DNA of 64,000 nt from Bernardetia sp. (GTDB taxonomy: Bacteria; Bacteroidota; Bacteroidia; Cytophagales; Bernardetiaceae): NCBI RefSeq assembly GCF_020630935.1, contig NZ_JAHDIG010000005.1, positions 1 to 64,000 on the forward strand, read 5' to 3'. The notes under the pieces are model-generated. The model did no database searches, was not told the DNA's origin, and worked only from the letters and a program-made list of their open reading frames with translations. The translations under genes were made by a program, and so were the position numbers. Positions 27,523-36,313 of the stretch are shown piece after piece (the stretch's first letter is position 1; each line of letters begins with the position of its first letter).

Positions 27523-30006
27523 TTACTCTTTACTTTCTGTATTTTCAGGCAATTTCAAGCTATCCAAAACGCTGCTGAGTTGTGTGCCTTTCAGAAGATT
27601 TGCAAACACGTCTGCCACAGAGTTTCCTCCCAAAATTGCGAGTGGAGCCATCGAATCTGCCATTTTTTGAGCAAGTGCTTTATCAGAAAACGATTGCAAG
27701 GCTGCAATAAGGTCTGGAGAAACAGCTTTTGCTTTGGCTACTACTGCCTCTACTTCTGTTTGTTCTTCCAAAATGTACTGCTCTAGCTGTTTTTGAGCTT
27801 TTTCTATCTCAACGGCATCTTTAGCTCTTTGTCTAGTAAGTTCGTCTTCATTGATTTGATTGAGCGTTTTTTGTTCGTCTAAATTAGCTTGTAAATGACG
27901 CTCCTTACTCATTATTTCACTTTCAATTTTAGATAAAGTAACTTCTAAGAGTTTTTTGACTTCTTCTTTTTGAAGTTCGTAGATTTTCTGCTTAGTTTCA
28001 GATTGTGTAGCTGCGATTTGTCTTGTAATGGCTTCGCTTTCTTGTGTAAATTCTAATTTTCGTTTTTCAGCATTTATGCGAAGTGTTTGCATAACTGTAT
28101 CTTGCTGTGAAGAAATAAGTAGATTTTCAATATTTGCATCACCCAAACTTATATCCAAAATCTCAACGTCGTAGATACGCATTCCATTTTCTTCAAAAAG
28201 TCGTCCTGTGCGTTTCCCTGTTTTCTTGTCAGACTCTCCTAAAATAGCATCTCTCAAAATCGTAATTCCATTGGCATAAAATTCCATAATTGGATATCTT
28301 CTGACAGTATTTCGGATATACGAACGCATGTGGTCTGTTAAAAATTTGACATAGTTTTCCACATTAAACCACTTTTCAGAATCTCCTTCAAAATTGACAC
28401 GATACGAAAGATGTATTCTAACTTGCGTGTAATCTGCCGATTCTGCCATTATCTCATCCGAAACTTTATTATACAACACTCTCAAATAAACCGTTTTGAT
28501 AGAATTTGCTGTTGTTTTTGGTGTTCCTGTTGAAAGCTCTATACCTTCTAATTCTTCATCGTATTCCAAAAGATACGATTGAGGACCTTCAATGACTTTT
28601 CGTTTTCCTGTCTTGCTAACCACTAAAACAGCATATCCTGTCCAAGGCGCAATCGTAACAGCTCCTTCAAATTTTGTATCTAATGTCACCATACGAGGTG
28701 GCGTAAACGAACTATCACGATTAAATTCGTCGCTTACTACTTCGTCTGCAATCTTAGCTTTTTTTCGTAATTGTTGTTGTGGAGCTTCTGGTGCTTGATT
28801 TTGTTCTTGTAATTCAAAATCAGTAACGAAATTATCGTTTTTAGCAATACTTTGCATCGCCATATTGTACTCCATTGCTTCATTGTTATTTGGAAACCAA
28901 AGTGATGTTTGCTTTTTTGTCAAAACTCTTCGTACCAAAACAAATTCTCTTGGGTCTGGCAAAAACATCGCTGCACCTTTTTTGAGAGCGACTGTTCCTG
29001 TTTTACGATTGAGGTAATAACGTCCTTCTCCTGCTGGAATAGCAATGGCATAATGACGTTCTTTTTTTCCATAACGAATAATGGCGTGTTCTGGGCGAGG
29101 ATAATAAATCATTTGGTCTTTTCCAGTAATGAAAAGCTCGTCGCCTTCTTTATACTCGTTTTTTCCTTCTTTATAAGGAGCAATGACTTTTATATAGAGT
29201 CCACTCATTTCATTGAGTTCGATGGCTTTAAATTTTCGTTGTCCATTTTTCTCAATAAACTCTTCTGTTGGTTCTGGAAAGACTACTTTTGGACCTTGAA
29301 TATAGCGTTTGTTTCCATCTTCGTTGAGCAAAATACAGTATTCCAAACGTTCTAAAGTTACAGCCTCTCGCACATATTCATCTGTTTCGTAACCGTATGA
29401 GTCTGTTCTGACCACTTCAATTCCTGTGGGTGGAATATAAAACGAAACAGCATCGCCACGAATAATCAGAAGCTGACCCATTGTAAGACTTTCAGCTACT
29501 TTTTTGAGTTCTTTTACTTCTTTATCCTCTCCTTCTTTTGTTTTGATGACGGATTTACCCCAATTTTCTCGTGCTTGTTGTTCATCATACACACGAACCA
29601 ATAAATATTGATTCGAACTCAAATTATGTCCTCTGACTACTCTTGCCATTTGTCCAGCCCAAAGTGCAAAAGAAATAGGACCTGAAATATTTACTTTTCT
29701 TCCTACATTGAGTTCGGCTAAATTGTTACTTGTTCCTACTTTTGGTGGGTTATTATCTTTTGAAGGGTTTTTCAAAACTATATACCATCCTTCTGGTGCA
29801 ATGACAAAAGAACGCATCGAATCTTCTAAAGTACATTTTTCGAAACGTTTGGTTTCGTCGTCGAACATCACAGGACGGTCAGTATTGGCAAGGCTAGTTT
29901 TGTAAGGACCTACATAAACATTGATATTTCCTTTAGTTTGGTCAGAAATAAATGCGTACTCATTAGGAGCTAAAACTAAATCTCTTTCTCGGTTACTATC
30001 AGACAT
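27523..30006 (-). CDS. Major vault protein (MVP) homolog
   Basis: N-terminus PNEYAFISDQTKGNINVYVGPYKTSL...RPVMFDDE parallels the first MVP repeat of eukaryotic MVP ([36 protein letters not shown]). About 8 tandem ~55-aa repeats, a shoulder region, a long C-terminal coiled-coil cap-helix, and a C-terminal ...PLAILGGNSVADVFANLL region resembling the MVP cap ring. Confidence 0.8.
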   Translation of the reverse strand: MSDSNRERDLVLAPNEYAFISDQTKGNINVYVGPYKTSLANTDRPVMFDDETKRFEKCTLEDSMRSFVIAPEGWYIVLKNPSKDNNPPKVGTSNNLAELNVGRKVNISGPISFALWAGQMARVVRGHNLSSNQYLLVRVYDEQQARENWGKSVIKTKEGEDKEVKELKKVAESLTMGQLLIIRGDAVSFYIPPTGIEVVRTDSYGYETDEYVREAVTLERLEYCILLNEDGNKRYIQGPKVVFPEPTEEFIEKNGQRKFKAIELNEMSGLYIKVIAPYKEGKNEYKEGDELFITGKDQMIYYPRPEHAIIRYGKKERHYAIAIPAGEGRYYLNRKTGTVALKKGAAMFLPDPREFVLVRRVLTKKQTSLWFPNNNEAMEYNMAMQSIAKNDNFVTDFELQEQNQAPEAPQQQLRKKAKIADEVVSDEFNRDSSFTPPRMVTLDTKFEGAVTIAPWTGYAVLVVSKTGKRKVIEGPQSYLLEYDEELEGIELSTGTPKTTANSIKTVYLRVLYNKVSDEIMAESADYTQVRIHLSYRVNFEGDSEKWFNVENYVKFLTDHMRSYIRNTVRRYPIMEFYANGITILRDAILGESDKKTGKRTGRLFEENGMRIYDVEILDISLGDANIENLLISSQQDTVMQTLRINAEKRKLEFTQESEAITRQIAATQSETKQKIYELQKEEVKKLLEVTLSKIESEIMSKERHLQANLDEQKTLNQINEDELTRQRAKDAVEIEKAQKQLEQYILEEQTEVEAVVAKAKAVSPDLIAALQSFSDKALAQKMADSMAPLAILGGNSVADVFANLLKGTQLSSVLDSLKLPENTESKE

Positions 30007-30289
30007 AAGTGTTTGTGATTAAGTTAAAATGATAAGCTAAACTTGATGATAGAATTTTTTTGCTGGTAGATTTTAATTCCTTAATCTTAGTGTAAAATAT
30101 ACAATAAGTTGTTTTGTTTTTATTAACGCTACTCTACATGTAAAGGTTTCATTATTTTAGAATAAATGTGTTTTTTTTACACTAAGTTGCTTTTGTGATT
30201 TTTTAATTCGTTATATCTCAATACTAATCCAAACTACAATGTAGTAGTAATCCGTTTTTATTCTAGTTATCCATTTTTAAATTATTCGT

Positions 30290-30526
30290 TTAATCAACAG
30301 GGTCATATCCACTTCCTCCCCACGGATGGCATCGTCCTATACGCTTTATGCCTTTCCATCCTCCTTTGAAAGGACCATACTTTTTAATAGCTTCTACCAT
30401 ATATGCTGAACAGGTAGGAGTGTACCTACAACGAGGAGGCAATATAGGTGAGATGAAGTATTGATAGAAACGTACAATAGCCAGAAAAATGAATGAGAAG
30501 AACTGAGAAATGTATTTTAGTACCAC
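30290..30526 (-). CDS. yidD: Membrane protein insertion efficiency factor YidD
   Basis: FYQ(Y)[28 protein letters not shown]...[14 protein letters not shown] matches the YidD signature. Confidence 0.85.
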   Translation of the reverse strand: MVLKYISQFFSFIFLAIVRFYQYFISPILPPRCRYTPTCSAYMVEAIKKYGPFKGGWKGIKRIGRCHPWGGSGYDPVD

Positions 30527-30823
30527 TATTGAAATTAGTATTATTTTTATAAATAATTAAACTACAACGATTTTTATATAAATTGCGTTATAAACGGGTT
30601 AGAACAAAGTTTTAGTTTATTCTTGCTTTATAGGAAGAAAATCTAAAATAAATTAGAAAATACGCCCTTAATTATGAATTTGTCTTTGTAACATTCTTAT
30701 ATTTGAAAATTATAAGGTTTTTATAAATTACGACAGTTATAAATTTAGTAATTTTGAGAATAGACTCAACAAAGTCTTATATTTATTCCCTTTTATCTTT
30801 TTATATATTGTACATCAATTATT

Positions 30824-31243
30824 ATGAAATCTGTTTTGCACATCAAAATACCTTCCCTTTTAGAAAACATACGTATTGTAGAGAGTTTTATTGATAATGC
30901 TCGTGATAAATTCAATTTGAATGATGATATATACGGAAATATAATGGTTGCTGTTACTGAATCGGTAAACAATGCTATTATTCACGGAAATGGAAAAGAT
31001 AAAGAAAAGGAAGTAGAACTTAGCTTAGAAGTAGGAAAAAAAGAGCTTTATTTTACTATCAAAGACCAAGGAAAAGGCTTTGACCCCAACTCACTTCCAG
31101 ACCCTACTGCACCAGAAAACCTTCTAACTATCGGAGGAAGAGGAATTTTCCTTATCAAGAACCTAGCTGATAAAGTAGATTTTTTAGATGAAGGCAGAAC
31201 TGTCAAGATGACTTTTAATGTAACCAATTCTATTTTGAACTAG
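30824..31243 (+). CDS. Anti-sigma regulatory factor / HATPase_c-type serine kinase (RsbW/SpoIIAB-like)
   Basis: GHKL ATPase N-box ESVNNAIIHGN and G-boxes DQGKGFDP, GGRGIFLIKNL. 139 aa. Confidence 0.7.
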   Translation: MKSVLHIKIPSLLENIRIVESFIDNARDKFNLNDDIYGNIMVAVTESVNNAIIHGNGKDKEKEVELSLEVGKKELYFTIKDQGKGFDPNSLPDPTAPENLLTIGGRGIFLIKNLADKVDFLDEGRTVKMTFNVTNSILN

Positions 31244-31320
31244 AACCAATTACAAATTGAAAGTTAGCGAAGCTAATTTTTTTTGATTAAACAATACTAT
31301 CTAAAGAAAATACAGTTTTT

Positions 31321-31360
31321 ATACTGATTACTGGTAACTGTTTACTGATTACTGATAGAA
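31321..31360 (+). repeat. Copy of the dispersed (TTACTGNTAACTG)x2 motif immediately 5' of the queA start codon
   Basis: ATACTGATTACTGGTAACTGTTTACTGATTACTGATAGAAG then GTG start. Same motif at 47535-47570 and 48013-48047. Confidence 0.5.
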
Positions 31361-32617
31361 GTGGAAAAGATAAATTTAGAAGATTATACCTATAATTTGC
31401 CAAGTGAGCGAATTGCACAAGAACCTTTGAAAGAAAGAGATAGTTCGAAACTCTTAGTTTATAAAGAAGGTTCTATTTCACACCATCGTTTTAGAGAAAT
31501 TACTAATTTTCTGACAGAGGATTATACTTTGTATTTTAATAATACGAAAGTTATTCCTGCACGTCTGTTGTTTGAAAAAAAAGCTACTCAGAAAGGACAA
31601 AATGGAAAAGGTGCAACCATCGAAATTTTCTTGCTACATCCTATTTTACCTACTGCTGATGTAAGTGAAGCAATGCTGAGTAAAGAAAATTGTACGTGGA
31701 AATGTGTAGTAGGAAATCTTAGGAGATGGAAAGAAGGGCAAACGTTAGAAAGAGAATCAGAAATTGATGGTCAGAAAGTACATATTCAAGCCAAAATTGC
31801 TGATAGAAAGGAGCTTCTGATAGAACTAGACTGGAAGGATAAAAATCATCAGACTACAAATATTCCATTCGTAGATATTGTTGAAAAGTTGGGTGTAATG
31901 CCACTTCCTCCCTACATCAAAAGAAAAGCAGAAGAAAAAGACGCAGACACATATCAGACGATTTATAGCAAGGCTTCAGGAGCAGTAGCAGCTCCCACAG
32001 CAGGTTTGCATTTTACAGAAAATGTCTTGCAAAATCTTGCAGAAAAAAACATCAAAACCAACGAACTTACGCTGCACGTAGGTGCAGGAACATTTCAACC
32101 TGTCAAAAAAGAAAATGCTGAAGATGTAGCTACTCACACAATGCACTGTGAGCAGATTGTCATAACGAAAGAAAATATTGAAAGCATTATAAACTCTAAA
32201 AAAGTAGCTTCTGTTGGAACGACTTCGATGCGAACCTTAGAAAGTCTGTATTGGTATGGAGCAAAGATTTTACTTAAAAATAATACTACTTTTTTTGTAG
32301 AAAAATTAGAGCCTTATAGTTATGACGAAACTATAAAATTGCCGTCTAAAAAGGAGAGTTTTGAAGCAATTTTAAATTATATGCATGTTTCAAACCAAAA
32401 ACAACTTACTGGTGAAACAGAAATCTTTATACTTCCTTCTTATAACTTCAAAGTCTGTAATGTTCTGATTACTAATTTTCATATGCCAGAGACCACCCTT
32501 ATTTTGCTAGTGGCAGCTTTTGTAGGCAAAGATTGGAGAAAAATCTACCAATCGGCTTTAGAAAATGAGTATCGTTTTTTAAGTTATGGAGATTCTTCGT
32601 TGTTGTTTTTAAAATAA
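31361..32617 (+). CDS. queA: S-adenosylmethionine:tRNA ribosyltransferase-isomerase
   Basis: LEDYTYNLPSERIAQEPL..., MPLPPYIKR, GTTSMRTLES and NFHMPETTLILLVAAF motifs. Probable GTG start. Confidence 0.9.
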   Translation: MEKINLEDYTYNLPSERIAQEPLKERDSSKLLVYKEGSISHHRFREITNFLTEDYTLYFNNTKVIPARLLFEKKATQKGQNGKGATIEIFLLHPILPTADVSEAMLSKENCTWKCVVGNLRRWKEGQTLERESEIDGQKVHIQAKIADRKELLIELDWKDKNHQTTNIPFVDIVEKLGVMPLPPYIKRKAEEKDADTYQTIYSKASGAVAAPTAGLHFTENVLQNLAEKNIKTNELTLHVGAGTFQPVKKENAEDVATHTMHCEQIVITKENIESIINSKKVASVGTTSMRTLESLYWYGAKILLKNNTTFFVEKLEPYSYDETIKLPSKKESFEAILNYMHVSNQKQLTGETEIFILPSYNFKVCNVLITNFHMPETTLILLVAAFVGKDWRKIYQSALENEYRFLSYGDSSLLFLK

Positions 32618-32619
32618 AT

Positions 32620-33753
32620 TTATAATTCGCCATTTTCTATCATTATCTCTGCCACTTTATTTGCCTTTTCAAAAGCTCTACCATTTCCCATATTAGATAA
32701 AATGATTATAGCTACCTTCTGTTTTGGAAAGCGAATAATTTGAGTACTGATGCCATAATCTCCTCCATCCCAAGAAAATACGTCTCTACCTTTGTATTTA
32801 TCTAAATGCAATCCAAAGGCTTGATTATTTTTACCATGTTTAAAAATTCCTGTAGTATGCATGAGATTATAAAAAGCATCTCCTCCAAATTCTTTAGTAA
32901 AGAAGTTCTGACTCCATTTTAGTAAGTCATTCATTGTAGTTACAACCCCACTTCCTCCATAGTGAGGAGTATTTCTGTGGTGTTGAATCCATTGTCCTTC
33001 ATTGCTCACAAAAATTCCTTCATTTCTATACGCTTCTACATATGGTTTACTTCTAGGATTGTATGGTGTAACTCTATTTTCAATGACTTTGGTAATATCG
33101 TCGTGAATAAAAGTTGAATTCATTCCTAGTGGGTCAAATAATTTTTTCTTTGCAAATTCTCTAAAAGGCAGTCCACTTACTTTCTCAACAATTTTTGTGA
33201 GTAGCATATAATTTACATTAGTATAATCCCATTTAGTTTCAGGAATAAAAGCTAAGGTATCAGATTGTAATGATACATCAATGCAGTAATCTATATCAAA
33301 ATAATTGAAGGTAATCCAAGAAATTCCATTGGGTCTTTTTAACTTATAACAGTCCGTAATTCCACTTGTATTGTATATTAAATGTTTTACTTTGATAGTG
33401 TCTCTATATTTTTTTAGTGAGGGAACAAAATCACTTACAGGTGTTTCAAGGCTTAATTTGCCTTCTATAATAAGTAGGGCAATACAAGCTGCTGTAAACT
33501 GTTTGGAAACAGAAGCAATACTAAAAGCAGATTCAGAGCTGATAGGAATCTTATAGTCAAGATTGGCTAATCCAAATCCTTTATTATAAAGAATTTTGTT
33601 TTCTTTAATAACTCCAATGGCAAATCCAGGTGAATTTCCTTCATCATAAGACTTAAAAATACTATCAATAGAATTTTCTGTTTGAGACGAGATAGATTGA
33701 CCAAAACAGTTTGAATGGAAAAAAAGCAGAGCAATTAGAAAAAAGATTCTCAT
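32620..33753 (-). CDS. Serine hydrolase (class C beta-lactamase-related / penicillin-binding protein 4*-like), secreted
   Basis: Signal peptide. Intact SxxK (SIASVSKQFTA) and YxN-like motifs. Confidence 0.8.
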   Translation of the reverse strand: MRIFFLIALLFFHSNCFGQSISSQTENSIDSIFKSYDEGNSPGFAIGVIKENKILYNKGFGLANLDYKIPISSESAFSIASVSKQFTAACIALLIIEGKLSLETPVSDFVPSLKKYRDTIKVKHLIYNTSGITDCYKLKRPNGISWITFNYFDIDYCIDVSLQSDTLAFIPETKWDYTNVNYMLLTKIVEKVSGLPFREFAKKKLFDPLGMNSTFIHDDITKVIENRVTPYNPRSKPYVEAYRNEGIFVSNEGQWIQHHRNTPHYGGSGVVTTMNDLLKWSQNFFTKEFGGDAFYNLMHTTGIFKHGKNNQAFGLHLDKYKGRDVFSWDGGDYGISTQIIRFPKQKVAIIILSNMGNGRAFEKANKVAEIMIENGEL

Positions 33754-33883
33754 AGGTAATTTGAAGGGTTAGATATATTTTTCAAAATAGATGCTAAATT
33801 ACATTTAATCGTTGCTTTATGTTTGCATTAAATTTGAGTGAGAAAAAGGTAAATAAAAATATTTACTTCAAATTTATTCGCTT

Positions 33884-34942
33884 ATGAAAACTTACATAGC
33901 GTTATTTTTTTCTCTTTTGTTTTTAGTTTCGTGTAGTAAAGAAGATACGGAAGCTGAAAAGCAAAATTATAAAATGGGTTTTACCACCTTTCCTTATGAG
34001 TTCAGCATAGAATCAGTAAACGATACATATAATTTTATTGAGCAAAATGCTGATATTTATTCAGAACACATAGACAATACTATTCCTTGGGATGCTCTTA
34101 TCAACCAAACGGAATTACCCACAGCTTTTACAGACGAGATAAATTCAAAAGTCAATCGTAAAATCAATTCTCATCCACTTCTACTTTCTGTCAGCATTTT
34201 GAACACCTTGCGTACCGACCTAGAAAATGACTTTGATGGACAAGTTCCAACCTACACTTCTCTTTCTGATGAACATATAGAAAATGGGTATTTTAGGTAT
34301 TTAGAATATTTGATAGATAGGCTTTCTCCAAACTACTTGGTAATGGCTATGGAAGTAAACGAACTCAAAAAAAATAATCCTACAAAATGGGAAGAGTACA
34401 AGCAGCTTGGAGATAACATCAGAAGTCGTTTAAAAACAAAATATCCATCTTTGAAAATAGCTGAATCATTCACGTTACATAACTGGTATGAAAAGCCCAC
34501 AGATTTTGTGAATGAGATAAGAGAATACAGTAGCAAATCTGACTTTTTAGCCATTAGTTTTTATCCATTCATTATGAATAAACACACAGAAGAGGAATTT
34601 CAGGCAGCTTTTGATTTTCTCCATTCACAAACTTCAAAGCCGATTGCTTTTGTTGAAACCAACACCATAGCACAAAATTTATCTATCCCAAATTTAGATG
34701 TTTTTATTCCTTCTTCTCAAGCAGAACAAAAAGTCTATTTAGAAACACTTTTAAAAAATGCTCAAAAACAAAAGTATGAATTTGTTATTTGGTGGGCGCA
34801 CCGAGATTATGATAGATTATTGCCATTCTTTCCAGAAGAAGCTAAAGATATAGGATTGATTTGGAGAGACACAGGTCTTTTAGATGAAGATGGAAATCAG
34901 CGACTTGCTTTTTCTGTTTGGAAGGAAAATTTTGATAGGTAA
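33884..34942 (+). CDS. Hypothetical lipoprotein
   Basis: Lipobox LFLVSCSKED. No family recognised (possibly a glycoside-hydrolase-like TIM barrel). Confidence 0.45.
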   Translation: MKTYIALFFSLLFLVSCSKEDTEAEKQNYKMGFTTFPYEFSIESVNDTYNFIEQNADIYSEHIDNTIPWDALINQTELPTAFTDEINSKVNRKINSHPLLLSVSILNTLRTDLENDFDGQVPTYTSLSDEHIENGYFRYLEYLIDRLSPNYLVMAMEVNELKKNNPTKWEEYKQLGDNIRSRLKTKYPSLKIAESFTLHNWYEKPTDFVNEIREYSSKSDFLAISFYPFIMNKHTEEEFQAAFDFLHSQTSKPIAFVETNTIAQNLSIPNLDVFIPSSQAEQKVYLETLLKNAQKQKYEFVIWWAHRDYDRLLPFFPEEAKDIGLIWRDTGLLDEDGNQRLAFSVWKENFDR

Positions 34943-34953
34943 TATTGTTATCT

Positions 34954-35018
34954 TGTAGGTTAAAGGCTTGTCTTCAACTTATATTTATTTTGTATCAAAG
35001 GCAAGTCTTTGCCCTACA
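34954..35018. repeat. REP-like imperfect palindrome, left flank of the HuH transposase gene
   Basis: TTGTAGGTTAAAGGCTTGTC...TCAAAGGCAAGTCTTTGCCCTACA, with internal hairpins GTAGG/CCTAC and GGCAA/TTGCC. About 80% identical to 35595-35665. Confidence 0.5.
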
Positions 35019-35047
35019 TTCTGAATTGTAAAATATGATTTTGAAAA

Positions 35048-35572
35048 ATGAAAGACAAAAATTACCGAAGACCAATTATCAGAGCCAGTTGGTGGGATTA
35101 TGGTTGGAATGGTGCGTATTTCATTACTATTTGTACTAAAAATAAAGAACATTTTTTCGGAGAAATAAAAGATAAAAAAATGTATCTTTCTCACGTTGGA
35201 GTAATTGTAGATGTGCTTTGGCATCAAATTCCAATGTACAGACCATATTTAGAATTAGAGGAATTCGTAATTATGCCAAATCATTTACACGCCATCATCA
35301 CAATAGATAAACCTCAAGAAATAGAATCAGATACAACAGATGATTTCACAACAACACGATTTCAGAATCAAGGAAAAGATACTATTTCTTCTATCATTGG
35401 AGGTTTTAAATCTGGAGTTACAAAACACATAAATCGGTTAGGATTAGAATCTGCTTGGCAAGAAAGATTTCATGACCACATTATCCGAAATGAAAAATCA
35501 TATCAAAGAATCGCAAATTATATTCAAACCAATGTAGAAAACTGGGAAGATGATAGATTTTATACGCCATAA
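35048..35572 (+). CDS. HuH-family Y1 tyrosine transposase (IS200-like / REP-associated tyrosine transposase)
   Basis: HuH motif PNHLHAII, C-terminal catalytic Tyr region (SYQRIANYIQTN). ~170-aa size typical of IS200/REP-associated tyrosine transposases. Flanked by palindromic repeats. Confidence 0.75.
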   Translation: MKDKNYRRPIIRASWWDYGWNGAYFITICTKNKEHFFGEIKDKKMYLSHVGVIVDVLWHQIPMYRPYLELEEFVIMPNHLHAIITIDKPQEIESDTTDDFTTTRFQNQGKDTISSIIGGFKSGVTKHINRLGLESAWQERFHDHIIRNEKSYQRIANYIQTNVENWEDDRFYTP

Positions 35573-35594
35573 ATTGAATATGAAATCGTATTTA

Positions 35595-35665
35595 TTGTAG
35601 GTTAAAGGCTCGCCTTTAACTGTATTTACATTATTATTTGTCAAAGGCAAGCCTTTGCCCTACAC
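35595..35665. repeat. REP-like imperfect palindrome, right flank of the HuH transposase gene (direct repeat of 34954-35018)
   Basis: TTGTAGGTTAAAGGCTCGCC...TCAAAGGCAAGCCTTTGCCCTACA. Confidence 0.5.
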
Positions 35666-35670
35666 TTTTT

Positions 35671-36237
35671 TCATTTTATTCCCAAAAACTCAAGAAATCT
35701 TCTAAATTTAGATTTTTTATTGGCAGATTCTTCGATTCTTTTCCAAAACTGTTCAGTTTCATCTATATGTTTTTTCGCTTTTTCTACCAATTCCTCATCA
35801 GTCCATAGCGAATCTTTTGTAATTAATTTTTCATCTGATTTTTTAGGTCTAATATATCCATCAGCTATACTCACATAATCATGAAGTATACCCTCATACA
35901 CTTTCCAAAGAGAACCTTCATATAAGAAACGCATAGATTTTGTGTGTTTTTCTTCTTTTTTGTCTAAACAGAATATATCGCCCTTGTTTGGTTGGTAGTT
36001 AAAATCAAAGACTTGTGCTTCTTCATTGTTAAGATATTCAAGTACTGTATCTGCTTTTAAATCTTCCTCAAGCATATCCTCAGACATTAGAGCCAAACCA
36101 AGAATAACTTTTTTTTCTAAATTTAATATTCGTTCTGTACTACGATACAATTTCCAAGTAATATTTGGATATAAACTTGAAGCAATCTCTTCATTTTTAC
36201 ACGTACAGAAAATTATTCCTTCTTTTGATTGGCACAT
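35671..36237 (-). CDS. Hypothetical protein
   Basis: ORF with coding character. No family recognised. Confidence 0.4.
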   Translation of the reverse strand: MCQSKEGIIFCTCKNEEIASSLYPNITWKLYRSTERILNLEKKVILGLALMSEDMLEEDLKADTVLEYLNNEEAQVFDFNYQPNKGDIFCLDKKEEKHTKSMRFLYEGSLWKVYEGILHDYVSIADGYIRPKKSDEKLITKDSLWTDEELVEKAKKHIDETEQFWKRIEESANKKSKFRRFLEFLGIK

Positions 36238-36313
36238 AATTCATTTTTTACTAAAAAAGGAAAAAGCTAAAGCCTTTTCCTTTCTGTTTTAACTAATAAG
36301 TTTTTTTTGAGAA

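Noticed and set aside
34985-35227. 80-aa minus-strand ORF overlapping the HuH transposase gene
   Set aside because: Antisense to a gene with a clear HuH motif. Spurious.
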